Shown here piece by piece: positions 1-10,589 of a DNA stretch of 64,000 nt. A program made the translations under genes and the position numbers. The notes beneath the pieces were generated by a model, which saw only the letters and a list, made by a program, of their open reading frames with translations, had not been told where the DNA came from and did not search any database. Origin of the DNA: Octopus vulgaris (lineage: Eukaryota); contig OX597819.1 of NCBI GenBank assembly GCA_951406725.2, forward strand, positions 58,280,001 to 58,344,000, read 5' to 3'. Positions within the stretch are counted from its first letter, which is position 1. The number at the start of each line of letters is the position of its first letter.

Positions 1-1159
1 TGTTGTGTTGCTCTCCACCCTTGACAACCAGTGTTCATTTGTTTACATCCCCATAATTTTGGTACTTGGAAACTGCATGGAAATCTGTTGTGTATATATA
101 AATATATATGTGTGTGTATATACTGTATTTTAACGTCTATAAGGAACCTTTTCTTATCAAAAATTAGGTTAAAAAAATATGGGAGTTTCTTATACATTGA
201 TAGTATTATAATCCCTTACAAAAATTTCTAAGATCAGTCATGTGACTATCCTCTACCAATCAAATCCTATTGAAAACATATACTAATTTGAGCCATGAAC
301 TCCCTATAAAAACAGAGCAAACTTCAAACATTAGTCAGAAGCAAGACAGCCATGACATAAGCTACGTCTTTCTATTTGAACTTTTTGAAACTCAGTGTAA
401 ACTGTGAAACCAGTTAAGGATTTAAATATTTTAATAACAAAACTATTCTCAGTGCATTTTCAACTTCTACTTTTCTTATATTTCTACCCGTGTGGAATAA
501 AATAACTTTGTTTTCTACCTACCTACCTACCTAAACACCCACCCACCTACCTACCTATGTACCTATCTATCTATCTATGCATGTATGTATGTATGTTAAA
601 GACAGGAAAGGCAAAGAATGTGCGAGGACAGGAAAGAAAAAGAAAAAATGGACACACATTCTGTAATGTTAGAGAGTACAAGGAGATGAAGTAGAGGTAT
701 GTTGAATCAAAGAGAAAAAAATAATGATGAGCACAACAAGAATCTGTTGTCGTGTACAAAAGACTGTCCTGGCATGGAAATGTGATGTGTTTGAAAGATA
801 GTGTGGCTGGGTGAAGAAGTACCAAGAAGTCAAAGCACAAAGATTCAACAAAGAAATAATGATAACTGACCGCAAGATGCTGAATCTGTCATGAAAGAGA
901 TGATGAAAGACTGCAACAAGAAGTAGGACATCGTACTGGAGAAGACTTATCCAACACTTGCAGCTAGGTAAAATGGAGTATGACATGGCAGCACTAGCAA
1001 CAGTAGCACCACCGCCATCACCATCACCATCACCAAATCTACCACAAACACAACCACCACCAACACCACAGCCATCAGCACCACAAGCATCACCATTATC
1101 TTCATCATTATCATCATCATTTTAAATTATTTACAAATGCTATTTTTTTTTCTACCAAC

Positions 1160-1631
1160 CTCTTCCCATGTTCCTTGAGGAAATACCATAACTGCTGCTG
1201 GAAACTCTCCTGGATGATCGGCGAGAAGGTCCTTCTTCTTCTCCACCACGTACAGTAACATCCATTTCAGCATCGTGTCCAGCAGCTGGTGGTCTTGGTT
1301 GGTGCTCATCTTGAGGTATACCATTAACAAAGCATTCGTGATCAACCTCACTGACTGACTGCCTCGAAGCGATGTTCACGGCCATACTGTCTGAAGAGAA
1401 TTTACGATGATTTGGTACATAGGCATAAGGATTCGAGTTGGCCATCACCATCAAGTCAGGTTGCACTGACCTGGCAGTGATGTTGGTTGATGTTTGAATT
1501 CCTGCAAGCACTGTGTTGGCAGACTGGTGTAGGGTGTTATAGTCAGGGTCGTCCCTCTTCATTTTCACTGGTGACTGTGTAAATACAGCTTCATTATCAC
1601 TGCTGGTTGTTGAACTTAAGACATCAATAGC
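1160..1631 (-). CDS. ACBD5: ACBD5-like gene, coding exon 7 (AIDVLSSTTSSDNEAVF...TVRGGEEEGPSRRSS...NMGR); gene continues beyond the window start
   Basis: 157-codon non-repeat open frame (ORF 1152..1637), acceptor gattgcag in phase 0, probable donor gttggt. The expected coiled coil and C-terminal TM tail anchor are not in the window. Confidence 0.8.
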
Positions 1632-2658
1632 CTGCAATCATCAAAATAACAACACATAAATTAATAAGTGTTTGAGTTCAGCTTGTTTTTTCTATACAAT
1701 TTATTTCAATTAAGTTCATTGCAAATACATTCAAACACAATGAAAAATTAACATTCCAAGTTGGAAGAATAATTTTTTTTCCCTTTGAAAATTTTTTTCC
1801 TAGCTACATCATGATGAAGGGACACTTGTCCTTAAGGTCCTATTCAAGGGGCAGGCTTCTACTATCAGCCTTGGAAATATGAATAAGTTCCATCCTCATG
1901 AGCCTATAAGTCAATGTCAACAGGTAGTATACAAGTAAGGGTTGAAAAATTTCATTGCATATCTATAATCTGGTCACTGACACAATTCTACAATACACAG
2001 CTGTGAGAAAAGGTAATAGGAAGTTGTAACATTCATGCTTTTCTGTCAGGTATGGCTGTGCGTTTAAAACACTTGCTTCCCAACCATGTGGTCTTGGGTT
2101 CAGTCCTACTAGGCAGCACCTTGGGCAACTGTCTTCTACACTAGCCATAAGCCAACCAAAGCTTTGTGAATGAATTTGGTAGGTGGAAACTGAAAGAAGC
2201 CCATCATGTGTGTGTGTGTACCTTTGTCTTGGCATTATGTGGTGCCTGTAAATTCGCATCACCATCAGACAAGCAATGATGTTCATTTCTTGTCATCCAG
2301 GAAACAGGTGAGGGTTAACAACAGGAAGGGTATTATTTACACTATTTACATAAAAATCATGCTGAAGCTGATGAACTGGAGTTCATTATGGCCTTGCAGC
2401 TTGCCAGAACCTGTCAAACCCTTCAACCCATGCTGATCATTGATGATGACAATGACACTGTTGACGACGACGACGACGACGTTGATGATGATGATAATGA
2501 TGTTGATGATGATGATGATGACAAGAATGTTGATGACGATGAGGGCAATGATGAAGATGGTGGTGATGATACAATCAAGCAAAGAAACAGTAGTCATGTC
2601 ATTAAACTCATTTTCATTAATTAAGCAAGAAGGTGAAGCCGAGAATCTATCCACATAC

Positions 2659-2972
2659 CTCCGACACATCCTGCAGCGTGTCAATGGTGTCACAATATTC
2701 AACATCACTGTCTGTGTCGCTGGTCACTTGATGACCTGCAATAGGCAATAATGAATCATCGGTCATTGGAGTTTCTCTCTCATCCCCATTCTCACTCCTG
2801 ATTTCACCCGTGTCATTACCAGAATCATTTTCATTACTGTGGTTGTACCGATGGTTCAAATGAGCTCGTGAGTGGTCATTATGGTTGTTATTGTTGTTGC
2901 TGCTGTTGCCGTTGTTGTTGTTGTTGTTATTGTTGTTGTTGTTGTTGTTGTTATGATGATGATGACCTGAGG
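2659..2972 (-). CDS. ACBD5: ACBD5-like gene, coding exon 6 (His4-Asn14 tract and FFAT-like motif SDTDSDVEYCDTID)
   Basis: Lies within ORF 2647..3012. Acidic tract plus EYCDT resembles the ACBD5 VAP-binding FFAT-like motif (human SDSDSEVYCDSME). Acceptor ctctttcag (alternative at 2966), donor gtatgt. Confidence 0.88.
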
Positions 2973-3402
2973 CTGAAAGAGTGTAACAGATACAACACGT
3001 TACAAACAACACTGATTACAAAGAATCCTCTAACAATTAAATATTGCAACTGTTCTAATTAGTGACATTGTTTAATTGTTAAAGGATAATTTCATTAAGT
3101 GCTTCTGTATCTTTGTCATTTGCTTCCCGTCCACCAACTTGAACAACAGAAGGGCACAGGAGAGCAGCCCATTAAGTCACTTTGCTGAGCAGAGATCTAA
3201 CAGACTGGCTCTAATTACAAAGCTATCCCACTAAGGATGACTTAGCTTTTCATCCCTCTGGAATCAATAAAACAAGTACCAGTGATATAATGTGATTAAT
3301 TCAATCAACTATACTAACCTATAATCATTAACAGTAAATATGTGTAACCTTTTACCAAAGCCAAAAATCAATATTGTCTTTCTGGATATCAGTTCTCATA
3401 TA

Positions 3403-3710
3403 GGCACGTGGCTTAGTGGTTAGGGCATTCGGCTCATGGTCGTAAGGTCGTGAGTTCAATTCCTGGCAACACGTTGTGTCCTTGAGCAAGACAGTTTATT
3501 TCAAGTTGCTCCAGTCCACTCAGCTGGCAAAAATGAGTAGCATCTGTATTTCAAAGGGCCAGCCTTATCATATTCTGTGTCACACTGAATCTCCATGAGA
3601 ACTATGTTAAGAGTACATGTGTCTGTGGAGTGCTCAGCCATTTGCACATTAACTTCACGAGTAGGCTGTTCTGTTGATTAGACCAACTAGAATCCTCATC
3701 ATTGTAAGCC
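3403..3710 (+). mobile_element. tRNA-derived SINE (family D in this annotation)
   Basis: A box TGGCTTAGTGG and B box GAGTTCAATTCC, followed by ...gtgtccttgagcaagac...gctccagtccactcagctg. Related copies near 9913-10091, 12745-12975, 26700-26830 and 38880-39200. Confidence 0.7.
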
Positions 3711-4994
3711 ACTTACCACTGAGCTTCCTATATTCAATAAAATAAAGTGATCCATTGAAGCATTTGTGAGTTTGATCAATTTTACGATACAGAGAATTCA
3801 CTTTCCATGCCACCATACAAACTTATCTAAATTCATAAAATACATCATAAGATTTTCGCCAACACAAACCAGTTTCTTGAGACTGGTTTTTGTACCAAAC
3901 ACTGTTTCAATTCTGATACAATCCGTCAAATTCTTTACAATATACCTGTTAACACTTTAACAAGCAAGTCGCCAGCAGATCAACTTGGTCAGCTGTTTCA
4001 TCTCACTGACATGCTTATCAAACTTCCTCATTCCAATAGCCCTTTTTCAATTCCTGGTCTAGTTCTCTTTTACTACTTGTTTACAGCATAATATCCCTAA
4101 AGACACATTACATCACATCTACACAAATCATGTCTACATGTAACATCACCATAATCATCATTTAACATCTGTGCTCCATGCTGGCATAGGTTAGATACTT
4201 TGACAGGATCAGATGTGTTCGCAGACTACATCATGCTCCAGTGTCTGTTTTGGCATTGTATCTATGGTTGGATGCTCTTTCTAATGCCAATGACTTAACA
4301 CTGTAGACTGAGTGCTTTCTATGTGCCATCTGCAGCTTGCGGGTTGCAGTACATCTTGCAGATTGTCATGCAGCTCACAGAACTACAAACCTTGGGCAGT
4401 GATGGTCAGCGTCATGCTAGGGCACCAAAATTTCATTTAATTATACTAAACATTAACTGTAACTCTTGCTGTTAAAAGTGAGATGAAAGAGAATATGAAG
4501 TTAGAAATTTACTATTTTAAAATCTCACAACGTGAGATATTCAGCAACAGTACTTTGTAGTAAAGATTGTTTGCCAACATAACATGGCAGTCCTGGTTTA
4601 GGACACAGATCATGTTGTATAGCCAGCTGGAGACAATGTCTCCTGGGGCTAAATTACAGCAACCTTAGTCCTAAACCAAGACTGCCATGTTATGTTGGCA
4701 AAAGAATATGAAGTTGTTTAATAACTCTTTCAGAAAAATCTTTTCATGTAGAGTAAAATCTTCTCAACACAACAGTGTCTGCAAAATAAATAAACAAAAC
4801 AATAGTCAAAGAGATTGCAAAGGGAAAAAATGAATTATTGAAACATCTGTACTCATTGCTGAGATTATTAAGTATGCATACGCACGCGCACACACACACA
4901 CACAGACACATACACACACAAAAACTTCCCAAAACATGCTCACACTTTTCCTGAGATACTTGCTTAATACAACAAACAAATTAAAATAGCCCAC

Positions 4995-5108
4995 CTGTCT
5001 TCTTGGTTACAGCAAGAGTACAATCTAAACCCAATTCTGGAACCACACTTGAATTTGATGACACATCATTGGAAAAGTGCACAAAAGCCTCATTTCGAGG
5101 AAAGAGAT
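4995..5108 (-). CDS. ACBD5: ACBD5-like gene, coding exon 5 (DLFPRNEAFVHFSNDVSSNSSVVPELGLDCTLAVTKKT)
   Basis: Strong acceptor ttttcttcttttag, donor gtgggc. 114 nt, phase 1/1, open in the expected frame. No conserved motif, so support is splice signals and frame only. Confidence 0.7.
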
Positions 5109-6346
5109 CTAAAAGAAGAAAATAAGTACTGTAGGATAATACAAATATCAAATTTCAATTTTTTTTTTAATTAACCCATTAATACTCAAAATATTGGCAA
5201 TTGTAAAGAAGTTGTTACTGAATAATTAAAGAACTGGATTGTTGTACCAAACTTTTTAAGTAGAAACTTTACTAAATGTTGTATTTCACAGCACATCTTT
5301 TATCATCAACATCATCACTTTAACATCCATGTTTCAAGCTGGCATGAATCAGATCACCAGATCCAATGGGCCCAAAGACGGCACCATGCTCTAGTATCTG
5401 CTATGCCTGGATACCATTCCTAATGTAAAACCCTTTACAGCATATTCTGGGTGCTTTTTCCATGCCACTAGTACTAGTGAGATTACCATGCAGCTTGTAA
5501 GACTGCAAACCCCAAAGGAGAAGCTTTATGTTAGAAGATGAGGTGTAAAAAAAAATGAGAGAAGGGGGCCAATGAAGAACAGATTTCTTGCTGTAGAGGA
5601 TCTACAATGAACTATCCACAAACAGTAACCAAATCCCTCAAACCACACCTTACAACTTCATAAAGCATGAATACTGGATAATGTTGTCTAAGATTTCTGA
5701 AGAAAAAGGAAGAAGCAAAAGAACAGAAAACAGAATGATCATGGCTGAGTTTTCCATGATGATAGATTGGCTCCAAGAGGAATGATCTGAACCCAGACAA
5801 TAGCAATGACTATTTATTCTAACCACTCAACAGATACCGATACCTCTTCACAAATTAATGTACTGTCAGCATTAGAAAGAACTTGCTACACACAACAATC
5901 TAACCCTGTGCTATCATTGAAAAATTTGACAATTATACAATTACATACAGTTACAAGGACTGGAATTTGGAAAAAAAGGTTCACTAATTATATCAATCTG
6001 GTAGTTTACTGATACATTATTTTTTTTTACCCCTCAATATACTAGATAATAAGTCCCTGGTGTTGTACACTCTGGTATACAAAAAAATTATGGATTGGTC
6101 ACTGTTAAAATGCTGGAGTCTGTTTCACCAGGGCTGATGAGGAATTAAACAACAAGTGACTCTCCATAAGCTATATGTAATACATTCTATTTATCAAGAA
6201 TTTTATCATGAATACGGTTCTCTATTCATAATTCCCACGTGAAGTTAATTATTATTCAATGATAAAAGCTGACCTATATCTGTCACGTCAATCCAGAATC
6301 TCCTAATGAGCTTGTCAAAACACATTTCAATGTGTTTCATTCTAAT

Positions 6347-6792
6347 GGTGGCAAGCTAGCAGAAACGTAAGCATGTCGGGTGAAATGCTTAGCAGTGTTT
6401 TGTGTCTTTACGTTCTGAGTTCAAATTCTGCTGAGGTCGACTTTGCCTTTCATCCTTTCGGGGTTAATAAATTAAGTACCAGTTGTGTACTGGGGTCGAT
6501 CTAATCAACTGGCCCCCTCCCTCAAAAATTTCAGGCCTTGTACCTAGAGTAGAAAAGAATATTGCTCAAATTATTCAATGAATCATCTATTAAAGGTAGC
6601 AATCTGGCAGAAACGTTAGCATGCCAGGCAAAATACTTAGCTGCATTTCATCTGTCTTTACGTTCTGAGTTCAAATTCTGCTGAGGTCGACTTTGCCTTT
6701 CATCCTTTCGGGGTTAATAAATTAAGTACCAGTTCTAATCAACTAGCCCCCTCCCCAAAAATTTTGGGCCTTGTGCCTAGAGTAGAAAAGAA
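6347..6792 (+). mobile_element. Two tandem copies of tRNA-derived SINE family A (6347-6560 and 6595-6792)
   Basis: Shared core ...ttacgttctgagttcaaattc..gaggtcgactttgcctttcatcctttcgggg.. also seen at 27759, 39645, 56517 and 62334-62925. Confidence 0.8.
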
Positions 6793-7610
6793 TATGTTAT
6801 TTCATTCTAGTCATAGCTTGAATATTTTTACTTGTTTCAGTTATTAGACTGCATCCATGCTATGGCACTACGTTGGGGGAATTTCTGGTTGAATTAATCA
6901 ACTCTTGTGCTTAATTGTTTTTAGGTTTAGCACTTATTCTATCAACCCCATTTGCTGGTGAGAACTAGCAGTAACCTTCTTGAAAACAACTGACAATGGT
7001 AGTTTTCTGCATGCTTTTCTGAGGATGGAAAAATATTTCTGAAAGGCCTGTCTGTTGTGTTGTGCTTGCTTTTATAAGCATGTCCATGGGTAGTAAATAT
7101 ACTGAATTCAAAAAAGAAACAGAAGCAGGGGTTGGAAAAAGAGTAGATAATCTTGTGGGCTTCCACTAAGTCAGCAGCTAGATGTCTATATTCAATTCAG
7201 ACAAACTAACATTATTATCTAACATTAAGATTGCATCAACGAAAAGAATGTATTTATACCATTGTTAGTAATAGTATTAGTGTAAATAATTCAATGTGAC
7301 AGGCCTCAAAAACCTAACAAGAAATACTTGTGCAGTAAGGAAATGACAGCATTAGTTCAATGATTAATATTATTTTCATAAATTTCAATACTAGGAGACA
7401 ACTCAAGGCATGTTTCTGTATTATGGAACCTCCTTAATGAAGCTTAAACCTCACTGAACTTACCAAAGTCTTGACGAGAGACTCGCTAAGTAGCTGTATT
7501 ATAAGGTACAAGAGTACACATGAAAAATTAGCATATTTAACAAAGGTTAATTGCTCAGGGATGTCATGCACATAAAAAAAACAAGGCTCAAGCAAGTGTA
7601 GTTACATTAC

Positions 7611-7794
7611 CTTTATTTGTTAATGCAATTGGCTCTGACTTGAAGACATCACCATTTGCCACATCTCCATTCAGCTTTCGAACATTTTCTTCAGATTTCT
7701 CACCAATAGCTTTGTCATCAACCAATTCATAAAAATTGCCGAGTTTCTCAACAAATTCAGCAACTAACTGAGTCTGTGGCATGGCCTCAACAAT
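7611..7794 (-). CDS. ACBD5: ACBD5-like gene, coding exon 4 (IVEAMPQTQLVAEFVEKLGNFYELVDD...ALTNK)
   Basis: Lies within ORF 7588..7803. IxExMP...GxFYExV resembles the segment after the ACB domain in ACBD4/5. Acceptor ttgcag, donor gtaatg, 184 nt. Confidence 0.9.
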
Positions 7795-8044
7795 CTGCAA
7801 CATTTAAAGGAAAACCAGTCTTTTATCTTTATTTACTTGATTCAGTCATTGGAGAGCAGTCATGCAAGGGAACTGCCTTGAAGAGATTTAGTCAATCAAA
7901 TCAACACCCCAGTACTTATGGGGCACTAAGTTAGGGGGACACAGTCAAACTAACACCTGTTGTTAAGCAATAAAGGTGGAGACACAAACACATACAGGGG
8001 AATTCTTTCAGTTTATATCTACCAAATCTATTAACTAGGCTTTT

Positions 8045-8810
8045 GTCACCCTGGGGATGACATTTGGTCACCCTGGGAAAGATATTTGGTCACACTGGGG
8101 AAGACATTTGGTCACACTGGGATAGACAGTTGGTCACCCTGGGGAAGACATTTGGCCACCCTGAGGCAGACAGCTGGTCACCCTGGGGAAGACATCTGGT
8201 CACCCTGGGTAAGACATCTGGTCACCCTGAAGAAGACATTTGGTCATCCTGGGGAAAACATTTGGTCATCCTGGGGCAGACAGCTGGTCACCCTGGGGAA
8301 GACATCTGGTCACCTTGGAGAAGACATTTGGTCACCCTAGAGAAGACATCTGGTTACCCTGGTGAAGACATCTGGTTACCCTGGTGAAGACATCTGGTCA
8401 CTCTGGGGAAGACATCTGGTCATCCCTGGAGAAGACATTTGGTGACCCTGGAGAAGACATTTGGTTACCCTGGAGAAGACATTTGGTCACCCTGGGGAAG
8501 TCATCTGGTCACCTGGGAAGACATCTGGTCATCCTGGAGAAGACATCTGGTCAACCTAGGAAAGATGTCTGGTCACCCTGGAGAAGATATCAGGTCACCT
8601 GGGGATGACATTTGGTCACCCTGGGAAAGACATCTTGTCACCCTGGGGAAGACATCTAGTCACCCTGGGGAAGACAGTTGGTCACCCTGGGAAAGACATC
8701 TGGTTCCCCTGGAGAAAACATTTGGTCACCCTGGGTAAGACATCTGGTCACCCTGGGAAAGACATCTGGTCACACTGAGAAAGACATTTGGTCACACTGG
8801 AGAAGACACT
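8045..8810. repeat. 22-bp minisatellite (TTGGTCACCCTGGGGAAGACAT)n, about 35 units, inside a minus-strand SINE B copy (about 7825-8865)
   Basis: Unit visible directly. It explains the repetitive GEDIWSPW/HLVTLGKT ORFs. Confidence 0.92.
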
Positions 8811-9396
8811 CGCCTAAGGTGCAATGCAGTGTGACTGAACCTGAAACACAAGGTTGGCAAGCAATCTTTTTAATACAAAAAAAAATGAAACAGACTTTGG
8901 GAATGTTAATATAAGATACAGATATATTAGGCGACCCTGTAAACATGTATAAACTTACAACAAGCAATCATCTAGGCATGGGATGAAGATATAGCTATGT
9001 GGTTACAGAATTTGCTTTCTAACCATGTGGTCTTAGGTTCAGTCCTTGAGCAAAGTGTCTTTTACTATAGACTCAGACCAATCAAAGCCTTGTGAGTGAA
9101 ATCGAGAGAACAGTGATTGTTTTGTCACTTCTCATATGTATCATCAATACCACCACCACTACTGCTGCTACTGCCATCACCATCATCATCATCATCATCA
9201 GTTTATGTCAGCTTTTCCATACAGGTTGAACAGGTCATCAGAGTCTAAAGCAGTTCTTAATCAAAACTACTATCTCTGTAGATGGGTCAGGGAGGATGTC
9301 TTGCTCATAAATGTCATAACTATGTGTATGTCTCTCTGTGTACATGTGCATGTGTGTATGTAGGTGTGTATGTGTACGCAGGTGTGTGTGTGTATA

Positions 9397-9434
<38 letters not shown>

Positions 9435-9525
9435 TACACACATACATACACATATAAATATATACACACGTGTGCATGCATATCACACACACATATATAC
9501 TTAATGTAATGTATATATATATATA

Positions 9526-9808
9526 CCAGACAAGCACAACACCCCCACCCCCACCCGTTCAATGGATGGTGCTATATTTATACTTGTTCGCTGTCCTATT
9601 TTGTGACATTATATATATATACGTGCATTTTCTTGTGCACATAGTATCGATTGCAACATATCGCATTCTCACCTAGAATTGATTTTGTAATTTTTCAAGA
9701 CTTATATGCCCGATACCGTCGGTATCACATATCAAATTTGACAATCGATGGAGGATGCCGAGATCCTAGAAAACACACTCACAGACAGACAGAACAGATT
9801 TATATAAT

Positions 9809-9811
<3 letters not shown>
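9526..9811 (-). mobile_element. Short non-autonomous Helitron
   Basis: Minus-strand 5' end A|TCtattatataaatctgttctgtctgtc resembles the two larger Helitrons here. 3' end CTGG|T. Inserted in a (TA)n tract. Confidence 0.55.
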
Positions 9812-9869
<58 letters not shown>

Positions 9870-10096
9870 AATATATATATACTCACACACATATACATAC
9901 AGTGAGAGATAGAGTGTCTTGTTGAAGGACACAATGTTCCGCCAGGAATCGAACTCAAGACCTTATGAGTGTGAGCCAAATAACTTAACCAGTAAGCCAC
10001 TTGGCCGGCGAAAATGAATTGTATCTGTGATTGAAAGGGCCGGTCTTGCACATTCTGTGTCACACTGAATCTGTGGAATGCTCAGCCACTTATATA

Positions 10097-10490
10097 CTCT
10101 TTTACTTGTTTCAGTCATTTGACTGTGGCCATGCTGGAGCACTGCCTTTAGTCGACCCCAGGACTTATTCTTTGTAAGCCTAGTACTCATTCTGTCGGTC
10201 CCTTTGCTGTATCGCTAAGTTATGGGGACGTAAACACACCAGCATCAGTTGTCAAGCAATGTTGAGAGAACAAACACAGACACACAAACATATACACACA
10301 TACATACATATATATACATATATACGACGAGCTTCTTTCAGTTTCTGTCTAGCAAATCCACTCACAAGGCTTTGGTCGGCCCGAGGCTATAGTAGAAGAC
10401 ACTTGCCCAAGGTGCCACATAGTGGAACTGAACCCAGAACCATGTGGTTGGTAAGCAAGCTACTTACCACACAGCCACTCCTACGTCTAT
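10097..10490 (-). mobile_element. tRNA-derived SINE family B, near full length
   Basis: Matches the consensus ggagtggctgtgtggtaag...ccacatggttccgggttcagtcccactg...gactgaaacaagtaaaaga, seen about 20 times in the window. Confidence 0.85.
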
Positions 10491-10556
10491 GTTTACTCTC
10501 ATGAGGTTGAATCAACCGGAACACTCTTTGTTCTGACAGAGAACTAGACCAAGAAT

Positions 10557-10589
<33 letters not shown>

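Noticed and set aside
571-1120. Possible further ACBD5 exon
   Set aside because: No coiled-coil or tail-anchor-like peptide with suitable splice sites found; remaining exons are presumed outside the window.
2388-2624. Poly-Asp ORF near exon 6
   Set aside because: (GAT)n tract on the opposite strand within intron 6; no coding evidence.
6128-6245. CTGATGA-ggaatta...taattcc hammerhead-like start
   Set aside because: GAAA box and cleavage triplet are absent after the putative stem II; at most a truncated remnant.
8064-8914. Repetitive ORFs; CRISPR-like periodicity
   Set aside because: Head-to-tail 22-bp minisatellite with no unique spacers and no cas genes, in a eukaryotic intron.
9205-9245. 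Minus-strand CTGATGA...GAAA
   Set aside because: No stem II pairing; explained by a SINE C tail remnant.
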